Below are positions 45,654 through 60,082 of a stretch of 64,000 nucleotides of DNA, one piece after another. The first letter of the stretch is position 1. The number at the start of each line of letters is the position of its first letter. A model generated the notes under the pieces. That model saw only the letters and a list, made by a program, of their open reading frames with translations, was not told where the DNA came from and made no database searches. The stretch comes from Macrostomum lignano (Eukaryota): positions 62,001 through 126,000 of the forward strand of contig NIVC01001592.1 of assembly GCA_002269645.1 (NCBI GenBank), in the 5' to 3' direction. The translations under genes were made by a program, and so were the position numbers.

Positions 45654-46984
45654 TATATTCTGTTCCCTGGGTATCCAACATACTAGATAGCTCGTATTGT
45701 GCTCATGAGTTTGCTCTGCCAAACCTGAATCAACGAGTCTTTTTTCTCTTGCATCTTAAGATAGATGATGTCGCGAATTTCTTAGTTCATCTGCACTTCT
45801 CTCTATTCACTCTGTTTTCTCTCCATCTCTGTCTGGTTCAATCTTGTTATCCTTATCTCTGTCCTTCCTGGTGGGAAGCTCTCTTTGTCCAATTTAGAAG
45901 CTAAAAATCGCAACCCGGTTTATTGATAATTCAGTTTCAGTAGTAATGTGACCTTCGGTCAGACAGTCACGGTACAAGCACATTTTACGAACAAAAAATA
46001 ATGCACAATAGCAAGCAGAGATCAACAAAGCCTAGTTACTTTGCACCTGTTCTACTCGTTATGTACAGGCTCTGCTCATTGTTTGTCTGCATCTTGGCTC
46101 TATTAGGTGGAACTGTCTTTCTAAAACACTTATTAAAATGCTCCGAAACCTCTCCTGCACCGTTGGCGCAGGGTGGGGCCATCTGTCTAAATAGTCTCCA
46201 AAGTTTGCCTGCCAAAATTCCATCTGCCTATAGCTTTAATTTGATCTTGGTTGCGAGCTGACTAGGCAGAGTACGAGATGCAAGAGGCAGTGCGTGGGCT
46301 GGGGGGGGGGTTGGTGTACCCGAGCTGCACATACTGTGCGATAATAGCTCGAGCACTTAGCGGCTTCTAAATACTTGAGCAGACGACACACCCCAGCACT
46401 GTGCAAACAGTACTGAACAATACTGGGCTGGCCTCAGAGTAAGCGAGAGCTGAGAAAATAATATTGGCCTATGCGTGCCGTGCTCTTAAATTTAATTGAG
46501 CTGCTCTGACAGCTGCTCATCGCTCTGGCTGTGAGCTTAGCAGACTTTCAGTGGGGTGCTTATCAACTGATTATGGTTGCTCAGTTTTTCTCTGATAGAC
46601 TGACAGACTTCTCTTATCTGGTCATTTTGTGATTCGTTACTTATCAGGGACTAACAGGTAAGACTGCTCACCTTTCATGAAGTCAAAGTGACGCGACTGC
46701 ATGATTTATTAAGAAATTCTTCTCGACAATATCTTAGTAAAAGTGCATACGTGCTTACCACTTATCAGTTATTGCATGAGCTTTTATGGAAGACACACAA
46801 CAAACCACTCGACTAAGAAGCTTGATCATTGACTGGCTAATTTATAAACACGTTTTAAACAGTTACGTTTTATTTCGCGTCTGAAAAGCTACTTTTCTGT
46901 AACCTTTGATTACTAGATAACTGACTGCTTGGATAGATACTTGTTGATAGAGTTGCATTTGAGTAGTTACTAGATGGAAGAGTA

Positions 46985-48395
46985 GAAAAGAGAGGGAGCT
47001 AAGAAGAGAAGAGGGGGGGAAAGAGAATGAAAGAGAGGGGAACTGAGAACGAAAGAGAGGGGAATTGAGAATGAAAGAGAGGCGAACTGAAAAGGAAAGA
47101 GATGGGAATTGAGAATGAAAGAGAGGGGAACTGAGAAGGAAAGAGAGGGGAATTGAGAATGAAAGAGAGGGGAACTGAGAAGGAAAGAGAGGGGAATTGA
47201 GAATGAAAGAGAGGGGAACTGAGAAGGAAAGAGAGGGGAATTGAGAAGGAAAGAGAGGCGAACTGAAAGGAAAGAGATGGGAATTGAGAATGAAAGAGAG
47301 GGGAACTGAGAAGGAAAGAGAGGGGAATTGAGAATGAAAGAGAGGGGAACTGAGAAGGAAAGAGAGGGGAATTGAGAATGAAAGAGAGGGGAACTGAGAA
47401 GGAAAGAGAGGGGAATTGAGAAGGAAAGAGAGGCGAACTGAAAAGGAAAGAGATGGGAATTGAGAATGAAAGAGAGGGGAACTGAGAAGGAAAGAGAGGG
47501 GAATTGAGAATGAAAGAGAGGGGAACTGAGAAGGAAAGAGAGGGGAATTGAGAATGAAAGAGAGGGGAACTGAGAAGGAAAGAGAGGGGAATTGAGAAGG
47601 AAAGAGAGGCGAACTGAAAAGGAAAGAGATGGGAATTGAGAATGAAAGAGAGGGGAACTGAGAAGGAAAGAGAGGGGAATTGAGAATGAAAGAGAGGGGA
47701 ACTGAGAAGGAAAGAGAGGGGAATTGAGAAGGAAAGAGAGGCGAACTGAAAAGGAAAGAGATGGGAATTGAGAATGAAAGAGAGGGGAACTGAGAAGGAA
47801 AGAGAGGGGAATTGAGAATGAAAGAGAGGGGAACTGAGAAGGAAAGAGAGGGGAATTGAGAAGGAAAGAGAGGCGAACTGAAAAGGAAAGAGATGGGAAT
47901 TGAGAATGAAAGAGAGGGGAACTGAGAAGGAAAGAGAGGGAATTGAGAATGAAAGAGAGGGGAACTGAGAAGGAAAGAGATGGTAATTGAGAATGAAAGA
48001 GAGGGGAACTGAGAAGGAAAGAGATGGGAATTGAGAATGAAAGAGAGGGGAACTGAAAAGGAGAGGGGAATTGAGAATGAAAGAGAGGGAAAATGAGAAT
48101 GATAGAGAGGAGAAATGAGAATGAAAGAGAGGGGAAATGAGAAGGAAAGAGAGGGGAAATGAGAATGAAAGAGAGGGGAATTGAGAATGAAAGAGAGGGG
48201 AAATGAGAATGAAAGAGAGGGAAAATGAGAATGGATGAGAGAGGAAATGAGAATGAAAGAGAGGGGAACCGAGAATGAAAGAGAGGGGAAATGAGAATGG
48301 ATAAGAGGGGAAATGAGAATGATAGAAAGGGAAAATGAGAATGAAAGAGGGAAATGAGAATGATAGAGAGGGGAAATGAGAATGATAGAGAGGGA
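46985..48395. repeat. Purine-rich 22-bp minisatellite (GAAAGAGAGGGGAA(C/T)TGAGAA(G/T))
   Basis: About 1.4 kb, with the plus strand overwhelmingly A/G. Probably in a CEP164 5'UTR intron (donor GTAAGA at 46658, acceptor ending at 48476). Confidence 0.95.
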
Positions 48396-48562
48396 AGGGG
48401 GAGAGAGAAAGGAAGTCATTAAAAGAGGCTATATTAGTATAACCATACAGTGCGTCTCACCTGCCTTTTTCTTCAGCCCCGAACAGCCTGCCAACAACCC
48501 AGCAGAATTCAGTCTAACAGCAAGCAGACGCAGGCGAGGGCTTCAACGGTTCCGCCTTCCTC

Positions 48563-51500
48563 ATGCCTGTCGCGGGCTCCTCGGCGGCGATGCAGAAGCC
48601 GCCCCGCTACATCGACGAAGGCGAAGAACAAGCTGACGACGACGACGAGGAGGAGGACGACGATAGCGGCGAGGAGGACGGCGAGGAGACTGACGAGGAG
48701 ACCACCCAGCTGGTGCTGGAGGAGGTGGTTGAAGACTATCAGCCAACTGAGGAGGAGCTGCTGGATTATGCGCGAACAATCGGCATCGATCCGGATAGGG
48801 AGCCGCAGCTGATGCACCTGGCCAAGGAGGGTCTGGTGGCGCCTCTACCGCCCGACTGGCGTCCTGTTCAGGTGTGTGCTGCATGCTTCAATAATGGAAG
48901 TCTCTTCATTTTCACCAAAATATCAATCTAATTGAAAAATCTCCAACTCTGGGGCGACTCTTGTGATCATTGTTATGGTGCTTAACTTTCTACTAACTCA
49001 GTAGGATAGTTAGAGTGCAATTAGAGTTCAAAAGGTGACGCACTAACGATTCTACAGTGACGCTGAAGCGCTTATTCTGCGACTTGTTAGCGACTGGAGA
49101 ACGTACAAATGCACTTCAAACACAACTCAGTACTACAGCGAACTCTTTGACGACTTTTTGGCGACTTGTACAGCACATCTTGTCGTCTCAGAGTCGTCCA
49201 GAGTCAATTCTTTCCTATTCTACCTGTGTTACCTGCAAACGGTTCTGGGGCGGCACAAGTGACTCTGTAGCGCTTCTTGGTCTAGACTCTAGGTACCGCT
49301 TGATTCGAACCCGAACTTGCTTTCCTCACCCTCGAACCCAACCCTTCGCTATCGGCAGGACCTGTCCAAGTCCAATGAGGCCATCTACTATTTCAACTTT
49401 GTCACCGGCCAGTCCAGCTGGGAGCATCCGTGCGATGAGCACTACCGAGCTCTTGTCCGAGCTGAGCGAATCCGCCTCCGCCTTGGCGGCAGCGGCGGAC
49501 CGCTGGCCGACTCTGTCGACGCCGATGTTGCCGATGACGACGACGACGGCTCGGCGGCGGACGCTGCGGCCAATCAGCCGTTAAGCAGCCGGCTCAGCCT
49601 GATGCGGCCGCACGAGTTCGCGGCTAGAGAGTACGTTGAGACCGACGAATCGGACGGTGGCGGAGGCCGCGGCGTCAGTCACTCGGCCGCCGGGCGGGGC
49701 GACGGCGCTCCGTCTGGATCGTCCGCCAGTTCCTCATCGACGGACATTCCGCGACCGAAAGCGGCAGCAGCGGATGAGGATGAGGAAGGCTCGGCCGGAG
49801 AAGACTTCTTCCGGGTAGACAAGGAGGCCTCGGCGCGCATCGAGATGTACCAGCAGCAGCACGACTTCGACAGTCCCGCGAATAGCCTGCGGCTGAGCAA
49901 CAATCAGGAGCAGCGGCTCTCAACCGATCTTGACGGCAGCGTCAGCGGCTTCTCGCCGAGGAAGCCGCCATTTCCAGTCGAGCCTGCGCCGTTGAAAACT
50001 CCGCGCGCGGCGGCGGGCGCTACAACGCCGCGAACTCCGCTGGAGCCCGGTCTGGTTGCCGAGCGGCCCGAGGCCGAGGCGGCAGCTGAAGCAGCTGCCG
50101 CCGGCGAACGGCGCCTGAAAGAGCTGCGCAATCGTCTCGAAGCGGAGCTGGAGGCGGCTGAGCAGCGGCACGCGCTCAGGCTGGAGTGCCTCCGCCAGGA
50201 GCTCGAGGACGAGTCGGCTAAACGGCGTCAGGAAGCGGAGCGGCGCTGCCAAGCCGAGCTGGCCGGCATTGAAGCGGCAGCGAAGCAGCGGCGAGCGGCG
50301 GCGACCGGGGCAGCGGACAGAGCCGAAGCGGCGGCCCAGGAGGCGGAAGGGCGGAAATCGGCAGCTGTAGCGGCGGCCGCTGAGGCGGAGCGACGTCAGG
50401 CGGCAGTCGAAGCTGCCACTGCGGCTGCGGAGCGGCAAAAAGCGGCAGCCGAGGCTGAGGCGGCGGACGCCGAGAAAGGACGCGAACTGTCGCTGTCGGC
50501 CCTGACAGAGGCGGAGCAGCGTCGGGCAACTCTCGAAGCGGAGTTGCGCGCTCTGTCGGCGCAGCGTAGCGCGGCGCGCGCAGAATTAGAGAAGCTGACT
50601 GCTGAACGAGCTGAGCTGCTTGAAGCAAAGTCGGCGATGGAGGCGGAATTGGCGGCCGCCAAGGATGCAGCGGCGGCTTCGGCGTCGGCAGCGCGTCGAC
50701 TGGAGGAGGAGGAAACAGCGGCAGCGGCAGCGGCAGCAGCGGAGCCAGACGAGTCGGATTCATTGTGTCGAGCTCGCGAATTTCTACGACGTCAGACGGC
50801 TCCGACAAGTGGCGGCTGGAGCGGCGGCAACGGCTTGCGCCGGCTGGCCATCCAGCAGCAGCGGTCGCCAGAGCGGCCCGTTGCGGCGCCGCACCGGCAG
50901 AGGCGGGTGAAAATCCGCGGCGCCGCCGACGGGGCAGCCTCGGCCGGGGCCTCGGATCCGCTGGGCTTCGCCACGCCGACTGGCAACGGTCGGCACCGGG
51001 GAACCGGCGGCTTCATGGACATCGATTGGCAGTCCTTGGCTAATAAGTCGCGCAGCCTGCCAGCGCTGGCTGTTGACGATTCCAACGATGAGTATGATGA
51101 GGCCAGTAGCGGTGCTGAGGACGCCAGCCTGAACGACTTGAGCAACGGTGGCGGCTTTCGGGAAGCAGCATTTCAGTGAGTTTATTGCGGTTCACTATTC
51201 CTTGATTGACCAGTTAGTTCCATTTCTCATGTACACATATCAGAGATTGCCTGATGAATAGTAGCTAGACAAGAAGTTGTGTGCAATCTGTTGGAGTTTT
51301 GTGCAATCGGTTGGAGCTTTGTGTGCAATCGATTGGAGCTTTGTGTGCAATCTGTTGGAATTTTGTGTGCAATCTGTTGGAGTTTTGTGTGCAATCGGTT
51401 GGAGTTGTGTGCAATCGGTTGGAGCTTTGTGTGCAATCGGTTGGAGCTTTGTGTGCAATCGGTTGGAGATTTGTGTGCAATCGGTTGGAGCTTTGTGTGC

Positions 51501-52693
51501 AATCGGTTGGAGCTTTGTGTGCAATCGGTTGGAGCTTTGTGTGCAATCGGTTGGAGCTTTGTGTGCAATCGGTTGGAGCTTTGTGTGCAATCGGTTGGAG
51601 CTTTGTGTGCAATCGGTTGGAGTTTTGTGTGCAATCTGTTGGAGTTTTGTGTGCAATCTGTTGGAGTTTTGTGTGCAATCTGTTGGAGTTTTGTGTGCAA
51701 TCGGTTGGAGCTTTGTGTGCAATCGGTTGGAGTTTTGTGTGCAATCGGTTGGAGCTTTGTGTGCAATCGATTGGAGATTTGTGTGCAATCGATTGGAGAT
51801 TTGTGTGCAATCTGTTGAAGTTTTGTGTGCAATCTGTTGGAGTTTTGTGTGCAATCTGTTGGAGTTTTGTGTGCAATCTGTTGGAGTTTTGTGTGCAATC
51901 TGTTGGAGTTTTGTGTGCAATCGGTTGGAGTTTTGTGTGCAATCGTCAATCGGACTGAGAATCTGAGGACAAATTCGGCCGCTAGTTTTGGGTGCTCACT
52001 GCTGCTGCATATTTCTTAACGTCAGCCTTCACTCCCCTCCCCCCTCCCCCTACGCTACGAACATTCAGCGATCGACAATCCAGCCGCAGGCGCGATCGAG
52101 TCCCGCACCACTCCCATCATCAGCTGGCCGCCGATCAGGGCAACAACAGCAGCAGCGGCGGCCACCGACAGCCGAGTCGGCAGCGCCGCGGCAGCCGCAG
52201 TCACCGCCTGAATCACCAGCAGCAGCCGCCGCCACAAAGTCCAAATCCCATCCATTCGTCTGCCGACATTCTGAGCTCATTGAATCGGCTCAACAGCGAT
52301 GTTGAACGGATCATGGGCTTAGTCTCTATGCAGCAGCAGCCGCCGCAGGCGCCCCCGCCTGCTTTGCAGCAGCCTTCGCCGCTGCTTTTGCCAACTTCAT
52401 TTGATTGGCGACTGGCTAGAAAGCCGACCGTCACCACGACGACAATGATGGACTCTCGGCTGCTGCTGGTGTCGACTCCGCCAACTCCGGCGTCGCCGTC
52501 GTCTTTAAACACACCTCGTACGCCTCCGCCGCCGTCTTCGCTGGCGTCGCCTTTGGCCGCGTTCTCCGTGACGCCCGGCATGTCAACTGAGGACAAGCTG
52601 GCCAGGCACAGGGCCTGGCTTAATCGCTTTAGCCGCTCTAATGGCCATCCGGCCACTGGGGTGAGACAGCCGCCGCCTCCGCATCAGACCTGA
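48563..52693 (+). CDS. CEP164: CEP164 centriole distal appendage protein
   Basis: Exons 48563-48871, 49359-51175 and 52069-52693, with compatible phases. [43 protein letters not shown] and [22 protein letters not shown] match the CEP164 N-terminal/WW region, followed by a coiled coil. Confidence 0.92.
51277..51945. repeat. 22-bp intronic minisatellite (GTGTGCAATCGGTTGGAGCTTT)
   Basis: About 30 units in CEP164 intron 51176-52068. Confidence 0.96.
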
Positions 52694-52696
52694 CTA

Positions 52697-53065
52697 TACA
52701 CTGTTCTGAGTACCTGACCATGGACTGCTCTGAGTACCTGACCATGGACTGCTCTGAGTACCTGACCATGGACTGCTCTGAGTACCTGACCATAGACTGC
52801 TCTGAGTGCCTGCCCATAGACTGCTCTGAGTACCTGACCATAGACTGCTCTGAGTGCCTGACCATAGACTGTTCTGAGTACCTGACGATAGACTGCTCTG
52901 AGTACCTGACCATAGACTGCTCTGAGTACCTGACCATAGACTGCTCTGAGTACCTGACCATAGACTGCTCTGAGTACCTGACCATAGACTGCTCTGAGTG
53001 CCTGCCCATAGACTGCTCTGAGTACCTGACCATAGACTGCTCTGAATACCTGACCATAGACTGCT
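52697..53065. repeat. 24-bp minisatellite (ACTGCTCTGAGTACCTGACCATAG)
   Basis: About 15 units starting right after the putative CEP164 stop codon. Confidence 0.95.
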
Positions 53066-54749
53066 TCGTGTAGGTATCGGTATCTTGTATAATTACCTGA
53101 CATTAGACTAAAAACCACAATATATATTAGGAGGCAGGACCGAACAGTCTTTGATAAACTAACTGCCTCAGTGTCTTACGGTAGTACCGTAGAAGCGTGG
53201 ACCTTCTTGGTGCCCTGATCTTTCTCTACCTAAAAATGAATCATCTGAGTTTGTTTGCACTTAATTTAATTTTGAATATAACTCCAGTTGCCAATCGCCA
53301 TAGGTAAATATGCGTACCTAACTAAGGCATGTATTTGTCTGTATTTTTTATCTACTTTAATTTGGTTCCGTCCGTGCGAATCACCGTCTTTCAACTAGTA
53401 GCTGTTATTATGTTGTAGAAATAAGTGTGTTTTGTTAATATACAAGTCAATGAGTAGCTGGTACATTAATTAAATTTGCGTGTACATTCTGTTTTCTAAC
53501 TGTAAATTTTCATTCATTTAGATTTCTACTTTATATTTGTGTACTGCTAAAATAGATTGCTACGAATACTCGCGTGCTGCTATCACGAATTACAAGCGTA
53601 TTTTTTTGTTACAAAAAACCTTAGAATTTAAATTCGATGATTCATTCATTCCGGATGTGGCGTCGTATTATTAAGAAAAAACAGCTAGTCAAGAGATTAT
53701 TCTATTCGTATAAAATTTATCACGCGAGTGCACTTGGATATCTCTTGTTAATTTTGCTCAATTCACACTTTTTGTTGCCTTTGCCCAATGTACCTTCAAA
53801 TGGATTAATATTTATTTTTCGCTTAAGTGAGTTTTTATTGTGTCAAACAGGAATATTGTAAAACTAGTACTATAGGCTTTGTTTTATAGCGGAGGATAAA
53901 CCATTCGCTAATTGTGCTGGCCGCCACCTTAGTCATCATCAGTAGCTAATTTTGCTTCGAAATCTACTTTCCGTATAAAAGGGTCTCATTTATGTCGATA
54001 GAGCCGCACTTTTGAGAGCCTTTCATACCAAATCTTAATTTTTTGCAGGCCAATTAACTGCTGTGCAAGTTCTCAATACAATTATTGTATCGAAATAAAA
54101 CTGAGTTTTCTCGCGCATTGTGATCCTCATTTTTGAATGGTCTATCGGACCTCTTCAGGCTGCGGCTTGTGCCTTGTCATTAAAATGAATTGTAATTTGT
54201 CTGGTTATTTCCTTTAACGACATCTAGTCATTACTCATTAGAAACATTCAGCTACTGATGACAACTTTAAATGGGAAGTGAATATGATAGTCAACAATTA
54301 GTGGAAATATCTTTGACTCCGAAAACTGTATAACTTTACAACTGTCGTTGGACTCGTTGTTAATTACAAACATTAATGTCATGATTATTAATGCATAATG
54401 TAGAAAAAAACGGATTAATGTCAGCTCAAGCTCAGCCTAAAGTTTCTAGTAGAATGCATTATGTAACACTATGTATAATGGTTTATTTAAGTATTCAATT
54501 TATATATTGAGTATTCAGCTGATAGAATTTAATTCTTTGGCAGCGAAAAATATTTTGTTAGTTTGTGCTGTTTTATCGATCTTGAAAATTCTAGGAAACG
54601 AATACTCTGATCTGCATGCTGCCCCCCGCCCCTCCCAAGACCTTACAGTTACAGACCACAGTAATCTAAGGGTTAGTGACCAGGTACTGTGTAAAAAGGC
54701 TGGGTTGGGCCAGTTGGGTTATAAAGTCTTCATTCTTTTAATATTTTAA

Positions 54750-54977
54750 GTTAAATACTCTGCATTGCTTCAGTTTATCCAGCTCAGTTGTAAAATGGGT
54801 ACCAGCATTAGCTAGGGTAATTGAGGGTGTCAGGGTGTGTGTGTGGCGACCCCCCAGTCCTTGGACTAAACAGTCATACGCAGCCTTCAGACTTGCTGCG
54901 CAATAGTTGCAGCTGAGTTGTCGGTTGCACATCTAGCACATTTAGGCCCAGGGCAAGTGTAATCAGTTATTATTATT
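54750..54977 (+). mobile_element. SINE family 2, partial copy
   Basis: Shares TAAAATGGGTA, AGTCCTTGGACTAAA, GCAGCCTTCAGA, TTGCACATCT and the (TTA)n tail with 60083-60396. Confidence 0.7.
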
Positions 54978-56109
54978 GACTAGGCCTAGGCCTATTTGCA
55001 GGGCCTAGGCCTACTACTTGCTAAGCCTTCTTGCTACTTGACTAATCTATTTCTAATCCTGCATTTCTTGTCTCTTATCTGCCCATAAGAATATATCTAA
55101 TAAAACCAGAAAATGCAGAATAAGCATCTAGCCAAAACCTTTATAATAGGCCTACTATCTGCAAAGTTAGGCCTAGCCTTATGCTTAAAATGCATGCATT
55201 TTATTTATTTTCCTAGAAAAAATTTATAGGAATTTCGAGTTCACCTAATATAAAAAGCTGGTTGATAATTGGAAAAGTTTATAATATTGGCTTTGCTTTT
55301 TCTAATGACCTTAGATGTTAGAACTGACATTTTTTCTAGTTTAAATATAAAACCTTGTTTTTGAATATTAATTTTCAATTAACTTTTTGCTTTTGTATAA
55401 GGAAGATAATAAGCTTACAAAACATTTTGGCATCCTCTTGATAGAAACCAGATATATATTTAAATTCAAAAAAATTTTCTATATAAAGAATTTATATTAG
55501 CATTTTTTTATTTTAAGTTTGCTTTTTTCCATATTGTCTCATTGGTTTTTTTCATTTGATTTGCAACAAACTCACTTTTTTCATAGGCAATTTTTATTTG
55601 TCTGGTAAACTGATGAATAGCAATGTGATTATTCATCCAATTACTAGATAAATTGCCATATTTCACAGTTCGTCTAGTTAATATTGGATAAATAGACATT
55701 TTGGGCCCATTCCATATAAGATGGACATATTTGGAAAATAGAAAAAAAGTCAATATTTTTGCTTGTCATTGCCTTATCAGCCAATTTTTTTACCAAATCT
55801 TTTTTGTATGTCTAAGAATCAAGACTTAGAATAAGAATCTAACAATCTAACAATCTAAGAATAAATAAAAGATAAAATGTTGGATTAGGCCTAGCATGTT
55901 ATCAATTGGCAAAAAATTATTTTTTGTAAAAAAATTGGACATTTCCTAAGCAAAAGACATCATTAAGTTTATGTACCTTTTAAAAACAAATAGAAAACTT
56001 TAGAAGGTTAAAACAAACTATATATAAAATTATAGTACTTGCATCATCAGATAAAAAAACATTAGCAACCATATAATCTATTATATTTTTAATATATTAG
56101 TACTTCAAA

Positions 56110-56520
56110 GTTACTGATTGACAGAAAAAAATATGTTACAACCATAATGTTACGACCATAAGGCTGCCTTTTCTTTTGTATCTTTGTTGCCTTTTTGAGT
56201 TTATATATTCTAATAAAAGAGTATGACTTCTAAAGATGTTCTTAGTCAAATTTAAAAAAATTATTGCAAAATATCAAAAATGAAAAATGTTATAAGACTT
56301 TTACCTTTTTAGTTTCTATATGTAAAAAATCCTGTTACGACCATAAGTGCCATTCCAGGTTTAATAGCATCTATACTAATGATGATATCTATATAAAACT
56401 TTATAAACATATTCTTGACAAAATAATCTTTCATTCGAAATATTGGTTTAGTATATTCTATTATTAGATTCCATTTTATAAGTAAAAATAGTCTGTCATG
56501 TTTAGTTAAATGGAATGGCC
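56110..56520. mobile_element. Second copy of the 20504-20935 MITE
   Basis: Long near-identical blocks (ATGTTACGACCATAAGGCTGCCTTTTCTTTTGTATC...) and right terminus TGGAATGGCC. Confidence 0.8.
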
Positions 56521-57625
56521 CTTTGTTATTTGTCTAATTAAATTGGTAATATTAGTTATATCAATTTTTACAATAAATAGATCAATAGGCCCTGTTTTAA
56601 GACTTTAAAAATTACTTTTTAAATCTTGATTATTATGTTGTTATACTAGTAGTATACATCTTACACTGCAATTAGTTTTTCACTTGAATTCTTTGCAAAC
56701 ATGAAAGAAATTTGTTAAACAAGTATAGGCCTAATTTTGTATATATGTGCTTTGCTTATATTAGTACCAGACTCCGGATAGTATACATGTACGCCGGAAT
56801 TTTCTGGTGTACAGAGGGACCTAAATTACACATTGATGTACAACTTGGCATACAAAGGCACCTGGCGTGCCCTCTTGGTATATAGCTTGGCATATAGAGA
56901 TTGCCAAGACCAGCAGGTGGGACCAAAAGTTCCGAGTCCCAACAATCAATCTGCATTATTAGTATACAAAAATGATTAAGTTTGCATTTGGCATAGTTTC
57001 CATGTACATAGTTACAGTAGCTAAATTTTGATCAGAAAGAATAGCCGGCCCTTTACAAAAAAATTGGAAGACTAAATTTAAAAAACTGGGTGAAACTTTT
57101 CCAAGAAAGTAAAAGTAAAACAAAAATAGTTAAAATGAACTAGTTCTCTACAGTTTAGTAAAAAAGATTTTTAGTTTTAACATATAGGTTGTTTGAATAT
57201 TAAAATTTTGCAAGCTTTTAATATTAGTTGTAATTTGTAATTTTTATTTTGGCATATTTTTGTATGCGATACAAAGTTCGTTGGTATACATTGGCATGCA
57301 TGAGCTACGTAAGCAATTTTCATTCTGGCGTACAGTGGTACACAATCCTAACCCTGGTATTAGTATAACAAAATATTAATTAGGATATAAGAAAACTTAG
57401 AAAAGGTCCTAAAAATTCAAAATATTTATCACTATATAGACACTTGTATTAGCAATTTAACTGGATAAATAACAAAATGGTTATTTGTCTGGTAACTAAA
57501 AGAATAACCACTGCCTTTTATTCTGTCACTAGATAAATATCAATTGCTTTTTTCATTTGCCTTTTGCATGCATATTAGCATATCATGGGACCTTCATTAT
57601 TGAAGTCACTATTAGTAGTAGATAT

Positions 57626-58912
57626 CACTATCCTTAACCTACCTCCGCTTCACCTATTTATTAGGGCGGAGGCTATGAAGTCTGCCTCCCGGCTTATCAG
57701 AGATAAAACGTTAAATAACGCGCCCTCTGGCTTTATGCCAATGAAAACATTAATCCCGCATATGGACTTTGTCCGCCGCGACCTTAACAACATCCACATG
57801 GACCTGGGCAATGTGGATAGCCGACCTCCCGCCCTCAACATCAGGAGGGGCTTCAAGACCGCCATCCCTGGCCGAGACAACATTCCGCTGGATGTCGGTG
57901 TGAACCGGCGCAGCCAGGGCATTCACTGCTTCACCGACGGCTCGCTGTTCAACGGCCGCGCTGGAGCGGGTATTGCCATTTTCCACGAGGGTAAGATGCT
58001 TCTCCAGGAAAGTCTGCACCTCGGTGAGAACACCTCAGTTTTCCAAGCTGAAATTTGCGCCATTGAGCAGTGTGCCCAGCAACTGTTTCAGGCGAACATT
58101 AATAATTTTGACATTAATTTCTACACTGATAGCCAAGCTGCTATTAAGGCCTTAACCACTGAGAATATCTCCGCTGCTACAGTATCTCAATGCCACCGCA
58201 GTGTGCAATCTCTCTCAGTCCTTAACAGGATTAGAATTATCTGGACACCTGGTCACAGCAACATCCTGGGCAACGAGCTCGCGGACTCTCTCGCCAAGGA
58301 GGGCAGCAACCCAGACGGCAACCACCGTCTGATGAGGCTACCCACCCCCAGGTCGCAAGTCACCCGCCATATCAACAGGTGGCTCCATCAGCAGCACCAG
58401 CTCCACTGGAACAGCTGCACCGAGTACAGGCAGAGCCGCTCTGCCATGCCTAACCTGAACAGGAAAGTCTCTGATTATCTGATTTCGCTTAACAGAACCG
58501 ACCTCAGGGAGATGTGCATGGTCCTAACCGGCCACGGATTCTTCCAGAGACATATATCGTTGCAAACCGGTTGCCCTCCCACCTGTCCCTTCTGTGGCAT
58601 AGGAGAGGAGACCGCGGAGCATCACGTCACCTTCTGCCCTTACTTCAACAAGGCGCGGCACAAATACCTCGGCCACCCCCAGCGGATGGACGAGCTGACC
58701 ACCGCGGACAATATCCGAGACCTCCGCGCCTTCGTCCGGGACTCCGGCCGGATGAGGGTCGCCGATGCCTCCACTGCGGACCTGCCGACTACTGGCGGGG
58801 ACTGGGCGCACCCCCAAGGCTAATCCTTGTGCTCTTTTACCTTGGGGTTGCGATAGGGGCCTCGCGGCCTATTCGCGGCGCCTGCGCCCCCCGTCAGTAG
58901 TAAGTAAGTAAG
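57626..58912 (+). mobile_element. 5'-truncated RNase H-bearing non-LTR retrotransposon (I/R1/LOA group)
   Basis: RNase H FTDGS..FQAE..YTDSQ..W.PGH..GNELAD; C-terminal LTGHG and CPFC..E...H...C knuckle; (TAAG)n tail. 13-bp TSD TAGTAGTAGATAT at 57613-57625 and 58913-58925. Confidence 0.9.
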
Positions 58913-59035
58913 TAGTAGTAGATATTATAAGCCTATTTTTACTATATTTTATAGCATATCACTGGTTGTTGTAACCAGTGCTCATTCAATTATATTTTGT
59001 TTTCTGCCTATTGGTCTTCGCCCTGCCCTATGGAC

Positions 59036-59679
59036 TAGTGTTCTGCCGAAAGGAGGGTCCATGTACCATAGCCGTAGCCGTAAGCAAAACTACGGCTTAC
59101 TCTAATTCTCTGTATTCTGTAGCCATAGGGACCCCAAAATTACCATATTCCCATAGTTCCCATAGTCATAGCCATAGTTTTAACAAAAAGTCTAAAAAAC
59201 AAAATATTTTGAATCAAGAAGATAACCTAGTGCTTAAACAACTGCAAATTAAATTAGAAAATAAAAGAAACACTTAATTGTCTTTGTAAGATTATATTTC
59301 ATCTTTTTTCAAAGCAACAATACTTAGTCGTTATTGAAAGTACTAATGCTAAACTTTTTCACATTAATAAAAATTAGAGTTTGCTAGTGTTTTATTGTAC
59401 TTTTTTTAGGTATATTATATAAGTTTCTAGGTTGATAATACAGTTTACTAAAAGTATCTTTGTTTTACTCTACCTGTTTCTAATATTTTTTCAATTTTTA
59501 ACATTAATAACTACAGCTACGGGAATCTATGGAATGTAACAGCAACTACCATATTTCCGTAGTTGTAGCCGTAAGAGCAGCTAGCTACCATAGGCATATC
59601 CATAGGTGCCATAGGCACCTATTTTACCATATTTGCCATAGGATCCTGTAGCCGTAGCTACAGCTATGGCGGAACACTA
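59036..59679. mobile_element. hAT-type non-autonomous element, family C, 644 bp
   Basis: TIR TAGTGTTC(T/C)GCC. 8-bp TSD CTATGGAC at 59028-59035 and 59680-59687. Subterminal GTAGCC/CCATAG repeats. Confidence 0.85.
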
Positions 59680-60082
59680 CTATGGACTATCAACCTCCTA
59701 TTACTCTGTACATACAAAATCCTACTCACTAGCTACATATGTTTCATTGACAAATAATTTATAAATTCCCTTACTCACACCTTTGGTTTCAAACAATACA
59801 TCTGACAATGCACATTGGTGTGCAAAACACATCAAAAAACCACATTTTCATTTTTGGATTTCTTTTTATAGCATATTGTTGCAACTAAGTTGAAAAAAAT
59901 TAATTACAACTAGTTTTTTAATATAGTTTTTTATTAAAATGTAATTAGTTATATTAATAATTAAATTTTGCTTTTCCATTGTAACACTACAACATATGCT
60001 TTTTATAAAAGTAAACCTAGTTTAAACCTATGCTGTATATTAATGATAAGGCCAATTTTATTTATGTTTAGTAATATTGTCA

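Noticed and set aside
49636-51145. Numerous overlapping and antisense ORFs in GC-rich exons (also 10942-11544, 13347-14388, 38052-39005)
   Set aside because: These are expected shadows of GC-rich coding sequence, with no independent motifs or splice support.
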